Assembly (NCBI GenBank): GCA_016748015.1 | Contig: JAAOMT010000512.1 | Span: 902,719-966,718 of the forward strand | Length of the DNA: 64,000 bases | Direction of reading: 5' to 3' | Origin: Geosiphon pyriformis uo1 | Taxonomy: Eukaryota > Fungi > Glomeromycota | Shown here: in pieces, positions 1 to 14,222 of the stretch | How positions within the stretch are numbered: the stretch's first letter is position 1 | How the letters are laid out: each line of letters begins with the position of its first letter | Program-made: the position numbers and the translations under genes | The notes under the pieces: model-generated | What the model saw: the letters and a program-made list of their open reading frames with translations, nothing else | Databases searched by the model: none | What the model was told of the DNA's origin: nothing

Positions 1-995
1 TGATTAAAGAGATGTTTATTAAGGCTGATGGGGTGGCAGTGTTTGGTAATGTTCAGCATTTTACTAGAAATATTTTTAGATCAGTGAATTGTGTTTGTTA
101 AGAGGCTGGACCTGGTTCTGCTGTTATTGGCAAAAACATGATTGGCAATGTGGATTGGGTTCGTACTGCTTTGGTCTGGCACCCCAATTCGCACATGACA
201 GCTGGATTCACCAGCAGGTCTATGGCTGGCCTGCACTTATATTTTTTAAAGGCATTGTATTATTGTTTGCCAGTTGCTGTGCAAAAGCACTTGTATAACA
301 AAAGTTATCCAAGTGTTCTATGTTTTCATTATGGAGAGGTAGAGAGCTTTAACTACTCTTTTATATATGCATTTGATTTGGGGGTCCATAAGAATCTGCT
401 TACTTCATATTTGGCCAAATGGCATTCTATGTCTGATGTAGATTTCTATTTGTCTCAGATCTCGCAGATGCTTTCTTTGAGCATTTCTGATGATGTGCTA
501 TACACCACTTTGGGCAAAGGCTTTTTGTTCAAAGATTGGTATCTGGAAGCTGTATCTGTTTTGGATGATATTAAGTTAGCGAGTAAATTTATTATTGACT
601 TTGTTTAGAATTTTGGTACTGCTCACCATGCTGATATATGGTTGGTTAAGGCCAAATATAAGACTTTTATAGAAAAATGTGGCTTAATTCCTTATAATGG
701 TTCTGCTTTTCTTGTTACTCAGGATCTGTTGTCTTCACTTTTGGCTAAGGTGGTTAGATTACTTGGTATTACTAAGGCATTTAATGTTTGTTTTGGTTTT
801 TGCAACCTTTGCTGTTTCTTTCTGATTTTGATAGAATAGTATCTGTTATGATAGATTCATAGTGTTGCTCTGATTGGTTCAAGTGGCTGGTCATGTGTAG
901 AAAATGCATAATTTGTGCCTAGTTTAGATCACTTAGTTTGATGTATTGTATTAAGTAATATTTAGGTCTCATTTGTTAAATGTTAATAAAAAAAA
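1..995 (+). mobile_element. 3' end of a degenerate LINE (post-RNase H region, C-terminal Zn knuckle, 3' UTR, A tail)
   Basis: Translation WHPNSHMTAGFT...LPVAVQKHLYNKSYPSVLCFHYGEVES matches the minus-strand LINE at 12.3-12.9 kb (WHPDFHLTSGFT...LPVAVQKCLYDRSYPSMMCLFCGNIE). The 3' UTR at 860-990 aligns with the reverse complement of 12015-12140, followed by an A-run. Confidence 0.85.
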
Positions 996-1703
996 TATAT
1001 ATATATATAATATTAACTTATAAATTAGTATTATAATTTTATATTTAAATTTAAAAAGTTTAATAATTTAAAAGTTTTGGTAATTGAATTTTTTATATAA
1101 TAAACAAAAATTCAAGTTATAATAACTAATAATACTTAGTGTTTTATTTTTTTAATATAATAACTAATGTTTTTTATTTTTTTAATAAACAATTCAATTA
1201 TTATTAAGTTAATTTTATGCTTATTTTTGCATTTTTTATTAGGCAATATAATTTTAGTGCTTTTTTTAATGAATTATAAATAATAAATAATAAATAATAA
1301 TAAAAATAATAATAATAATAAAGTATAAAATTAATATTCTATTAATAGTTATGATTATAAATTATTGTTTTAGTATTATTAGATTTTTTGAATAAATGTT
1401 ATTAATATTAGTTAAAAATAAATAATTTTAATTAGATGAATTTTAATTTATAAAATTAGTTAGTAAATAATTAATTATAAATTTTATTAAAAAAAATTTA
1501 TTTCAAATATTAAATTACTAACTTTTAAAATTATTTAATAAAGATCTGATTATTTTTTTTGCTTTTAATATTATCACTATATATACATATTTTTATAAGA
1601 TAAAATTTTTGGAATTCTTAGTAATTTTAATATTTTTCTTAAATTATCACTAAAATTTTTAACATTTCTGAATTTTTAAATTTTTTTTTAATATTATATT
1701 ATT

Positions 1704-3852
1704 TAATACCTAATATTAAATTTTAAAAGTGCTAATATAAGACATAAATTATATTAATGTGTTATTTTTTATTGACAATATAAAGTATTTTTTACCTTTA
1801 GATTTTCTTGTTATCTTTTGAAAAAAATAATAACTAAAATATTTATGAAACTGATCTTACATATTAAATTCTTATTAATTTAATTCGTTTATCAAAGTTG
1901 AATTACTTTTTTGATTATTTTATTGTAATATAATACTATTTTTCTTGCTATATATTAGTTTATTAATTTGACTGTAATAATATTATATGATATTTAAATA
2001 TATAATTGGTTAATAATATAGTTTTTGTCTTTTTTAATTGTTATTTTACAATAAAAATATTTAATTGTTGAATTTAAATACATGTTAAATAAAGCTGTTT
2101 TTTTGTTTTGTTATTACTTAATATAATATAATTTGATAAATAAAATAATATTTAACTTAATTATATATTTAATTTTATAATTTTTTCTTAAATTAATAAT
2201 TATTAATATAATAACATATATATTAATATATTTAATTGTTTATTATATAAATATAATAATAGTTTTATTGTTTTTTTATATTTGTATTATTTATAACAAA
2301 CTATTTTTTTTTATTTTTTGTAATGTATTTATACTTGAATTATAATAATATTGTCTTTTATTTAGCATTTTTATAATTTGTTAGTTTTTTTTATAGTAAT
2401 GTTAAATTTTTGTAATTTGTATATAAAATTAAATTATTTGTTGAAATATTTTTTTACTTAATAATTGTTTAATAAATTGTTAAGTATTTTAATATTGAAA
2501 TTTATAGCCTTTTTTAATAAATTTAAGTTTTGTTAATATATATTATTATATAATAATTTATTTATAACTGATATTTTTTTTATAGTTAGTAAAATAATTA
2601 AAAAATTTAAATAAATTAACATAATATTTTAAAAATTTTTTTAATCTGTTTTAATACAATTTTTTTCAATAATATTTTAATTTTAATTTTTTAAAAAAAA
2701 TATTTATTTATATTAAGTTTTAATTTAGTATATTTAAATTGTTTGAGTATTTGTGACAAGGTTTATCAAAAGTTTTTAAAAAAATATTAGTGTTATTTAA
2801 ATAAAAAATTACTAATTTTTATAGTTATTTTGAATAAACAATTTTTATTAATTGTTAAAAAGTGGTTAAAATTAATTAATTTAAATAATATAATATTAAA
2901 TTCAAATTTTTTTTTGTGATAATAATTGTTTTTTTTATCAATTAAACTTATAGTTACTTGTTAATAGCTATTATTTAAAATAAATATTAAAAATTATTTC
3001 TTTTTTTTAAATAAATTAAATAATTTTTGAATATGTAAAATTAAATAACTATTATTATAAATAATATTATTAAGTTTTTTGTAATTTACATAAAAATAGA
3101 TTTTTTTATTATTTTTTGTATTAATATAATTAATAATAATTATAAGTTTATTTATAATTATATTAATATACTGCTTAATATTTATTTGATTTTTTGTTAA
3201 ATAATTTTATAATTTGTTAATAGTATTTAATAAGTTTTTGTTTTATTAACATAATTATTTTAGTTTTAATTTTGTATTATATTATGTCTGTTTTTTTAAA
3301 TTTATTTACAAAAATATTAGTATAATTATTAAATAGTACTTTAATTTGCATCTGTTAAAATAAATTTAAGTTTTTAAGTTTATTTTTTTAATTGTTTTAG
3401 TTAAAACAAGTAATATTTTTCTGGTTTAATTTAAATTTGTAATATGAAATCTACATATTTGCATAGTTATAAAAAGTTTGAAATATATTGTAATAATAAT
3501 TGATTTTTTAGTTCTAAATTTAAGTATTTAATAATTGTACCAATTAAAATTTCAATATTATTTTTAATAATATTGTTAAGATAAAATTAAAAAGCTAATA
3601 AATAACAAGAAAAAACAGTATTGTATAACAATAAAATAATTAAAAAGATAATTTAATTTTAATGAGCAAATTAAATTAATAAAAATTTAATATATAAAAT
3701 TAGTCTTATAGATATTTCAGTTATTATTTTTTTTAAAAAGTAATAAGAAAATTTAAAAGTAAAAAGATAATTTGTACTGTTAACAAAAAATAATACACTA
3801 ATATAATTCTATGCTTCATATTAGCACTCTTAAAATTCAATATTAGGTATTA
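1704..3852. mobile_element. Degenerate DNA transposon relic with ~265-bp terminal inverted repeats
   Basis: 1704-~1970 (TAATACCTAATATTAAATTTTAAAAGTGCTAATAT...) is the reverse complement of ~3585-3852 (...ATATTAGCACTCTTAAAATTCAATATTAGGTATTA), with mostly transition mismatches. TA at both ends; the interior has no readable ORF. Confidence 0.75.
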
Positions 3853-4052
3853 GTTGTATTTTTTAGTAAATATTTATTTAATATACTTTACAAAAATTAA
3901 TAATTATACAAATTAAAAAAATAAAAAATAAAAAAAATAGCAAAAAAAAATAAAAAAATTGATATTGTTGTATTAATTTGAGTGTAAATGTTTTTTACAA
4001 CTCTTAATATGTTTTAGTTATATATAATTAAAAAGAAATTACTGATTACAAC

Positions 4053-4122
4053 AATAATTTAGTTAATAACCAAGTCAATAATTAAGTCAATGATCAAATC
4101 AATGATTAAATTAATGATCACA
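4053..4122. repeat. Degenerate 12-bp tandem repeat (~6 copies, consensus AATGATCAAGTC)
   Basis: aataatttagtt aataaccaagtc aataattaagtc aatgatcaaatc aatgattaaatt aatgatcaca. Confidence 0.6.
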
Positions 4123-4123
4123 T

Positions 4124-5073
4124 TGTTACTGGTAGAAATTTAAAATATTATTTAGCATAAAATTATTCTTATAATTTTTATCATTAATTAATATCTTAAT
4201 TTATTATTTATTATCTTATTAAATCATCTAAATTACTATTCAATTAATAACCCAATTTGTACAATACACAAATTATAATAAACAGATCACATAATATCCC
4301 AAACTATATAATATTCAAAAATTCACCAAAATTTGTAAAAATTTACCAGAATAATTAATAGTTTACCAAAATACTCAATAATTTATAGAAATAATTTGTA
4401 GTTTGCCCAAATATATTTTTAGTTAGACGAAATAATAGTAAAGAAAAAAATGTAACTTTATAGACTAGTATTATAACAAGTTGTATAAAACAAAAGCTTT
4501 TCTTTTCGAGAAAATATATCTTAACTAGATTTCATCTTCACTAAAAGTATCTTTCTTAATATCTATACAAATCACTTCAATAAAAACTACATTAAAAACA
4601 ACAAATTTATAATTATTTTGCTTGAAATATCTCGAATTTCAATTAATGTTTTAAAATTGATTAACTACCAATTTCAGTAATTTATTAATAATTCCAGGCC
4701 TGAACAGAAAACAATTTCTTAATAAAATATTTTTTTCTTTTATATTTCTTTTTTTAAAAAAATATATATATTAAGATAGTCTACAGATGAGATTTTTGTA
4801 AAAGAGTTGACTTTTACAGCAAAGTAATTACATATTTTAATGAGTTTTCAGACAAGTCTTTTCTGAAAAAGAGTTGACTTTCAATACAAAGTAACTATAT
4901 AAGTAACTAATACAGAGTTGGCCATTCTATTCATAAGCCCAGCAGTTCAAATTATAGAAAATAATTTGAAAATAAATTCAGTTATTAGAGGTTAATAGCT
5001 TCCAATAATTAGAGATTAACAGTAAAATAACAACAATAATATTCAAAAAAAAAACCAAAAACCTCCAGTAATA
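4124..5073 (+). repeat. 5' LTR of decayed Gypsy copy
   Basis: Starts TGTTACTGG, ends CCAGTAATA, followed by the PBS; homologous to the other three LTRs. Confidence 0.85.
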
Positions 5074-8000
5074 TTTGGTGCTTTTTTATGAATTAACACG
5101 GCAACAACAACTTCAAAGTAGTGACTTCAGTAAACACAACTAATTTAGAGTATTATTAATTGATTTACACTCATTGCAAGCAGAGATTCAATTCAAATAG
5201 AATTAAAATTTTCAAAAAAACATTCTACAAATACATTAAAAATCGTATAAACAACTATTTTTTTGGAGATTACAACATATTTAAAGTTAAAAAAAAGCTA
5301 TATAAAAACTTGTTATATTATTCTCACTTAAGTAATAAAAATTTCAACAGCCAAATACTCGATACTTACTTCTAAGAACTTGACTTCAATATTATTTAAT
5401 ATTGCAAAGAAAAATACCCAATACAATCTAAATTCTTTCTTGACTTAAAATTTAAATCAAAAAACAGTAAAAAAAAACAAAAACAAAAGTGAAACCTAAA
5501 ACCACTTACAATACTTCCCAAATTACAGTCAAATATTTGCAAACACCTGAACAGAAAACAAGTATTAAATTATTATTTTTAATTACACTATTTCTAATTT
5601 CATTTTTTAAGACCAAAAAATTTTTAGTTACTTAAAAGTTCCATTCAACAGCAAGAACCAATTTAAACCAGTACTAATTTTCTTGATTACTTAGCAAAGA
5701 ATTTAAGTAATCATTTAGAAGACTTAAAAAATAAAGAAAACGAATTAGAACAAAGCAAAAACTCAGAAAACGAAAAAAAAAGAAGAAATAGCAACCATTT
5801 ATATTGCGAAAATTCTTAAATTCACTAGAAAAGATGCCAAAACTAGTCTACAAAAATAGATAGATAAAGTTGAAAAAGCAGAAAATACAAATGAATAAAC
5901 CTTAACAAAGATAATAAAAGTGATTCCTTATTTTCTATAAGAAACTACTAGTAAATGGTTCGAAAATTTGAAAACACTACCAAAAACTTGACAAGCATAC
6001 AAAAATGCTTTTCTTAAACAATTTACAGACAACAACACTTTAATTACTCTCCGAAATTAGTTTTGAAATATCAAACAGAAACTCAGCAAATTTTTTATGA
6101 CCTATTTTGAGAAGTTCAACAAATTTTTCTGACAAATTTGCCAATTAGAATCCAATAAATATTATTCTAATACCTAAATTCTGGACCAGTTTATTGCTGG
6201 ATTAAAAGACAAACTAATTAAAAAAGTTTGTCTACACAATTTAGAAGATTTAACTACTACTATTTAATATGCTAAAGCCTATAAAATAGTTATTAAAAAA
6301 GCTAATAAGACTAAACTTATCAACTTAATTATTAGAAAAACCAGCTTAGCAACTAAAAAAAAAATTAATCAACTTACAAAAAAAATTGAGAATTACTTTA
6401 TTAGCTAACAATAGCAATAACAAAAATATTTACCATTATAATATTAAAACCAAAATGATTTCTTATTATTATCTAATAATCAACTTTAAAATTGTCATTA
6501 TAATAGAATTTTAAAATATTGGAAACAGAATTGCAGAAAATTACAAAGAAATCAGCAACAAAAAAATACTTAACATTATTTTTAATTACAGCAACCCTAT
6601 TATTAGTCTCTACTACCAGCTTATTATTTATTATAATTACAATATTAAAACAATTATTATTTACTTGTTTTATAGCAGCAATACTAATAATTTATACCAA
6701 TATTATAGTATTAACAACTATTATCAGTCCAACAATATTAAGTATTAGCAAAAAAATTGGTTCAACAAAATCAATTTATTTTACAAAATTAGTTTCAAAT
6801 AAACAACAACAGAACCAATATTAACAATCAATTAATATCTTAAAACTTAATTCAACAAAGATCCAACTATTATTATATTCAACTCAGCTACTTAATTATG
6901 CTTAAAAAACAAAATTTTTAACAAATTGTACTTTTTAAAAATAAAATTATAATATTAAAACAAAATTTTTCTAGCAATACGATTTTATCAGCAAAAATTG
7001 TTGAAAATACCAATTTTTTTAATATTTTTTCATTCAAATTTAAAGCAAATAAATTACTATTTTTGCTTAGCAATATAATAATAACTGAAAAAAAAGCTAT
7101 TATTACTATGTATACTAAAACCAAGATTGAAAAAAGACTAATTCAATTAATCTTAAACAGTAGATCTGCTGAAAACATTATTACTTACTAACTAATACAA
7201 CAACTTAAATAAAATATGAACTGGCCAGCTCAAACAGTAATTGTTATAATAAATAAAATAAAAAAAACTTCAATTAAAAAATTAACAAGTTTTTTTTTAT
7301 CATCAATAAAATTACTATTCCAATTAAAATTCTAGTTATAAATACATTCTAATATTAAGCTTTTGTCAAAAAAAATTGGTTTTTCAAGACCAATGCAAAC
7401 TTAAATTAATAAATTCAAGAACTAAAAAATTTATACCAAAAACAATCTATCAAAACACTTATTACTTGTAATACTTTTAACAAATAATTAAAAAAGCTTT
7501 AGTATTTAAATTTAAGAAAAAAAAAACTAATTATTAAAACATTTATAATACTTGAATTATTATCTAATTGGGCTGAAAAAACTAAGCATTAATTTTTTAA
7601 TAATACAGAGCTACAAAAAAAAACTACTTGGTCTAAAATCTCAAATTAAGAAACTAAATTAATCATCAATAAATAGAATAGATTATATTCAAAATAAAAA
7701 TCCAAAAAAAATTAGTTTATGTTCTTTTCAAATGTAAAGATTATAGAAAAAAACTTTTTTCTATAAAAATTTTTTTATACTTAAAAAAAATCTATAAAAG
7801 CCATACTTATTGTAAAGTTTGCCATAAAAAACAATTTGAATACTTGAAAAGAAGTAAAAAATAGAAAAAAATTTATTGTATTATATGTAAAAAACTATTA
7901 CCTAAAGAATACAACTGGATTAATATTACAATAAAAAAAAATTTATAATTAAACCTGCCAATATGCTTTATCAATTTCCAAAAAAGTTAAAAGAAAAACA

Positions 8001-10412
8001 TTTTTTAATGTAATATATAATTGTGCTTTTAATAAGCTTTATTATTACTTATATAATGCTAAAATAATTTATAACTTAAAATAGTCTTAATTAATAAAGC
8101 CACTCAAAAAAACATTAAACAGATAAAGTAATTAGAATACATAAAATATATTTTCGAAATAGCAAAATACAATTATAAAGATAAAGTAGAAATCTATTAT
8201 TAAATTAATAGTCACATTTATCCATCCAAAGATACTCAAATTTAATGATTAGAACAAATAAATATTTAATTATATAAAAAATATATTATGCTTTATAAAG
8301 ACCAATAATGTTCAAAATATTATGCTTTTAGTATACTATTATTTATTGAAAACAATAAATATAAAATCAAATTTGAAGAACCAGTACCAAAAAAAAAATT
8401 GCCAATTATACTAATTTACTTATTCAAAAAACAACCAGTCTTACAACTTAAGTATTTTAATAACAACAGTCAAAGAATTAAACCAAAAAAAACTTACAAA
8501 ATTGATACAAGATATGACTTAAGATATCCAAAAAAAGACATTTTGGTCTTTTTACCAAAATTATTTATAAAAACTAATCTCAAAATTGCTTTCAAAATTC
8601 TATCAGAAGTAATAATTCAAATTGTTTCTCAATTATTCTTAATCAGCAAAAAAATTAATGTCAAAAGAGAAGTTATTAATACAAAATATACAAGAAATAT
8701 TACAATTATACTACAAAATAAAACCAAAAAACACTTCAAAATTAAACATGCCAAAAAAATTGCTCAAGTAATTATCTATTTTTAATCAATATTTTAAGTT
8801 TACAATCTGTAAACAATAGAAAACAATTAGGAAAAAGTAAAAAAAAACACAAAATTTTGGTTTAACTAAACGATTCACAGTTTTAGTTAACATAATTTTT
8901 AATATACAAAATGAATTTTATTAAATTCTTTAACTTTTTTAACCAGTTATTATTTTACTCTTTGAAAAATATTAAGAAATTATATCTGCCCAAAATCTCT
9001 TAAATTATTTCAAATTTTATCAAAATTATAAAACATATTTTTTTTCCAAATCAAAATATTTTTACTATTACAAAAAACTACCATCTTATCGAAAAAAACT
9101 AGCAAAAATTAATATGAATCTCCTAGAATCCCAACAGCAAAAACAATTCAAACAGTTTATTGCTGAATATACTAAAATATTTGCAAAAGACAACAATAAT
9201 TTAGGAAATATAGATATTGTTTAATATTAAATTTATACAGAAAATGGTTTACCAAAACACCAACAAACATATCAAGTCTTACCTGTCAGTCATTAATTTA
9301 TCAAAAAAAAGTTTAATAAATACTTAACAATAATTTTATTTAATTATTAAGAAGTCTTTAAACTTTACTAACTGTATTAATAAAAAAAAATAAGAAAATA
9401 CAATTTTGTGTTAACTATTGTTAATTTAACAGTATTATAGTTAAAAATACTTACTTCTTATTTAAAATTAACAACATACTAGATGTTCTAAAGAAAGCCA
9501 AGTATTTTTCAACTTTAAACTTAGAAAGTGGATACTAACAAGTATAAATAAATCTCAAAGATTGTCCAAAAACAGTTTTTACAACACAAAAAAAAACTAC
9601 AAGTTTAATATTATATCTTTTAGACTTTATAATATACCAACAACATTTTAACAGCTTATAGATGTTTTTTATAAAGCTTTTTATGGCAATTAATAGTTGT
9701 TTATCTTAATAATATTAATATTTATTCACCAATCTTTAAAGTTTATTTGATTTACTTGTAAAAAGTTCTTTAATAATTACAAAAAAAAGATTAAAATTAA
9801 ATATTGCAAAATATTACTTTGGAAAAACAAGTTTGGTTTTTTTGGTTATATAATCAGCAAAATAGAGTTAAATCTGATTCAGAGAAAATTAATGCTATAC
9901 AAAACTTTAAAGTTTCCCAAAATATACCATAAAATTAACAAGATTTACTAAATTAATCTTTTATTATCAAAAATTCATTAAAAAATTTTCTGAAATTACC
10001 AAATCTTTTAACTATTTAACCAATAAAAATGTGAAATACCAATGAACTTTAGCTCAACAAAAAATATTTAATATTTTAAAAGAAAAATTAACAATGGCTT
10101 TAATTTTTGCATATTTAAACTTTAGTAAACAGTTTTAATTAGCTACTAATGCTTTTTATACAACATTTGGTGCTATTCTATTACTATTAAATAAAAAAGA
10201 CAATAAACAAGTTATTGTTTATGCTAATAAAACACTTAAGCCAACAAAATTTAAATATGGTTTAACAAAACTAAAAGCTGTAGTCATTATCTGAACTCTC
10301 AAACATTTTTAATAATTTTTAGAACAAATTAAATTAATAATTCTAGATTACTATTTAGAAATTATAAATAGTATTTGGACTTTAATAAAGCTCAGTTTTG
10401 AGAAGAAGATTA

Positions 10413-11310
10413 TGTTACTAATAAAAATTTAAAATATTATTTAACATAAAATTATTCTTATATTTTTTATTATTAATTAACATATATTATTATTTTAATT
10501 TATTACTTATTATTTTATCAAATTATCTGAATTACTATTTAATTAATAACTTAATTTATGCAATACATAAATTGTAATAATTAGATTATATAATATTCTG
10601 AACTATATAACATTCAAGAATTTATTAAAATTTGTAGAAATTTACCAGAATAATTAATAGTTTACCAAAATACTTAAAAATTTATAAAAATAACTTGTAA
10701 TTTGTCAAAATATATTTTTAGTTTAGTAAAATGATAGCAAAAAAAGTAAAAGTTTATAAACTAGTACTATAACAAGTTGTATAAAAAAAGAGCTTCTTTT
10801 TTTGAAAAAATGTATTTTAACTAGAATTAATCTTTATTAGAAATATTTTTTTTAGTATCTATACAAATTACTCCAATAAAAACTACATTAAAAACAACAA
10901 ATTTATAATTATTTTGCTTAAAATATTCTGAATTCTAACTAACATTTTGAAATTGATTAACTACCAATTTTTATTAATTTGTTAATGACTTCAGATTTAA
11001 ACAAAAAACAATTCCTAACAAAATTTCTATTTTTTTACATTTCTTTTATTTTTCTTTTTTTTCTAAAAAAAAATACATTAGAGTAATCTATAGACAAGAT
11101 TTCTATAAAAAAGTTGACTTTTATAACAAAGTAACTACATATTTTAGTAAGCTTCTAAATAAGTATTTTCTGGAAAAGAGTTGACTTTTACTGTAAAGTA
11201 ACTATATAAATAACTAGCACAGAATTGGCCATTCAATTTATAAGCTCAATAGTTCAAATTATAAAAAATAATTTAAAAATAAATTTAGTTATTAAAGATT
11301 CAATAGCTTT
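10413..11310 (+). repeat. 3' LTR of decayed Gypsy copy (right end missing)
   Basis: Starts TGTTACTA after a polypurine tract; aligns to 4124-5000 and then loses homology at ~11310. Confidence 0.8.
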
Positions 11311-11999
11311 GATTCTAATTTTTATATATTCTTATTAATAATTTTTTAATCTTAGAAATTATAAACAAAATTATATTTATTATAATATTTAAATAGCAAA
11401 AGATAAGATAATGTTTACATAATTTAATGCTTAAATTAGTAAGTTTTTGCTTTGTTTTTTTTAATAATACAAATAATTAATAATATTTATGAATTTTTTT
11501 TAAATTGTTAAGTAAAATAAAAAGTAAGTTTTTATTTAAGTTAATAATTAAAGTATTTTTAATTGTAAAAATTTGAACTAATATAATACTTTTAATTTTG
11601 GTTATGATTATTTATTAAAATCTTATTTTTATTATGTAAACAATTATTAAATCTGATTAAAACATATTTATAAACAACATTAAAGAATTTTTTTTAATTT
11701 AGTTATAAATTAAAATTATATATTGTTCTTTTTTTTAGAATATTATTTTATTTGGCTTTATTTAAAAAAAATTTTTTACAAATAAAATATAAAATATTGT
11801 TTCAAATTTTTAATTTTTTTAGATGGCCAAATTTTTTAATTATACAAAATTTGTAATAATATTTAATTATTGTTGATTATTTTCTATTATTATTATTATA
11901 GTATATTTTTATAAACAATAATTTTTTTACAATAAATATATTTTAGTTTTAAATATCTGTATTTTTGTTTTTTTTGGTATTTTATAATAAGAGATAATT
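11310..11999 (-). mobile_element. Relic of an older LTR-type element: post-protease Cys-rich region (continuation of 28258-30300)
   Basis: Minus strand reads K(C)IYCKKxLLFI...KYYYKFCIIKKFGHLKKLKI*NNILYFICK, a transition-eroded equivalent of KCKDCHKKLLSMG...CYYCKSCH...GKWNRTLCLTCGE at 17830-18005. Confidence 0.55.
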
Positions 12000-12135
12000 T
12001 TTATTTTATTTTATTATGTTTAATAAGTGAAGTCCAAATGCGACCTAGTACTATACATCATTCAAATAATCTAAACTAGGAGTAAATCATGCATTTTTTA
12101 CACGTAACCAGCCACTTAGGCCAACCAGAACAACA

Positions 12136-14218
12136 CTAAGCACCTATATAAATAGAGACTAAATTATCAATACTTGAAAAAAACAAATAGGACCTGCGAA
12201 ACCCAAAACCAACACCAAAAGCCTTAGCAATATCCAATAATCTGACCACACCAGGAGAAAACAATAAGGTAGAACCAAAAACCAAAACCGGAACAGAACC
12301 GTCATATGGAATGAGCCCATTTTTCTTCATAAAAGCCTGATGTTTAGTACGGACCAGCCAAATATCATTCTAAAAGGAGAGACAGAATCCATGCATAAAA
12401 TCCACAATGACCGAATTTGCAACCTTGGAATCCTTAAAAACCAAAACTGATTCACAAAACCAACCACTGAAAACAAAGCTCTTATACAGAGCTGTACTAA
12501 CCGCAGTATCAGTAACACCAATGGATAGCAACTGTGAGACACACAAAGAAGACCGAACCAAGCCAGAGTATACCTTCCAAGCCAATACATGATCATTAAA
12601 CAGCCGAGCACGACCAGCAGTCTCAAATGGACAAGAAAAAATATGGTCCAAGACCTCAATATTACCACAAAACAAACACATCATACTGGGGTAACTCCTA
12701 TCATATAAACACTTCTGCACAGCAACAGGGAGCTGATGGTAAAGAGCCTTCATAAAGTATGTCTGAAAGCCAGCAGTTCACACACTAGTAAAACCTGAAG
12801 TCAAGTGAAAGTCTGGGTGCCAAACCAGTGAAAACTTCAGCCAATCAATATCAGCACACAAACTATCTGAAACAACCCGGGAACTGGAACCAACTTCCCA
12901 ATGCACATGATAGATTGACCTAAAAACATCATGAACAAAGTGTCTAAAATTACCAGAAACTGCATCAACACCAGTCTTAATAAATCTTTCATTGACTAAG
13001 TGGGGCAGATGCCAAGCAGAGAGAACAGCATCTCTAGCCAACTCGTCAGCCCGCTCATTGCCTAAAATGCCTGAATAACCTTTAACCTTAACCCAATTCA
13101 CATCTAAATTTTTGTGACAAATAACATTGGCAATGTGACAATGCTTGATCCAACAACAATTTCTGTAATTAGGTCCAACCAACAAGAACTCCAACTTGTA
13201 TGCATCCAGAGCTGCCTGACTGTCTAAAAACAAGTTGACCGCACGGAAAGAAGGAACACACTCAAGAGCCAAAGCAATGACCTGCAACTCTGCCAAGGTA
13301 GAAGAAACCAAACCAGACACCCCCACACCCAAACCCAAATTAATGTCTTCAAAAAAAACAGCAGTGTTAGCCTTCATGTCAGTAGTATCCAAGTTACTCA
13401 GAGACCCATCCATATACACAGAAAGATAGGTGACACCAGCATTCAACAGACTGTTGCAGACAGCACCAAAACCAAAAAACCAGCAAACATCCGGAGAACC
13501 ACAAAATTCTACATAAGAAGAGCAAACAAAAAAAGAAGCAGTGCCACCAAGAAAATGAACAAAGAGATCAAACTAGGAAGGAACTGGGCCATGGGAATTC
13601 AGTCTCTTCCAATGCTTGAAAGTCTTTCAATCAAAAATTACACCATCCCAGCCACAAAGCTGTTTCACAAAAACAATACCATAATGTCTAAAAGAAAGAA
13701 CACATTTAAAAAAAACCTTTTCACCAAGAACCAAGGACATAAGAGTACCACCCTGAAAACGAAAAGCATTAGCCAGAGAGCCACCTAGAGATAACTCACA
13801 TCCAGAAAAAACATGCACCACACCCACCAGAAAGTTATTCAAAGGGCTAACTCTAACATGGGCCAAAATCAACAGAAGGTGGCGGGGGTGCCAGCTGAGA
13901 ATCTGGAGATCATGAAACTGGTAAGCAAACAGATGACCCAAAACACCAACAGAATTTGCAAAAGCAATAACAGAAGCCGACTTGCTCTTAGCCTGAATTT
14001 GCTCAAAAGTTTTTAAATTGTACAAGGAAAGATGATGAAGTGCATCATTAGGAAAATCCAGCGGCAGCCCAGATTTAGATTTTAAGCCCTTGTAAATTAA
14101 AGTGTTTTATTTATTACACATACTGAGAGGAACAAAACTGAACTGAGTTCTGTAGCTGATGATAAGAAAAAGAACTGAAGACACCAAATAAGCAAACTGT
14201 TTATCTGAAATTGTCTTC
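12136..14218 (-). pseudogene. LINE ORF2 C-terminal part: RNase H and CCHC-type Zn knuckle
   Basis: VYMDGS...LAELQVI...FLDSQAAL...WVKVKGYSGILGNERADELA (RNase H D-E-D-D) and CLFCGNIEVLDHIFSC; in-frame stops. Confidence 0.85.
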
Positions 14219-14222
14219 TTAA

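Larger units (their letters stand above)
4124..11310 (+). mobile_element. Ty3/Gypsy LTR retrotransposon, heavily decayed copy (Gag-PR-Cys domain-dUTPase-RT-RH; integrase deleted; 3' LTR truncated)
   Basis: Colinear with 14223-23729: 5' LTR 4124-5073, PBS TTTGGTGC at 5074, gag remnant (FLKQFTDNNT), dUTPase remnant at 8399-8870, RT/RH remnants at 9200-10350, purine tract GAGAAGAAGA just before the 3' LTR at 10413. Very many stops. Confidence 0.9.

Noticed and set aside
6519-7124. Hydrophobic ORFs resembling membrane proteins
   Set aside because: They are off-frame or antisense products of AT-eroded gag-protease sequence.
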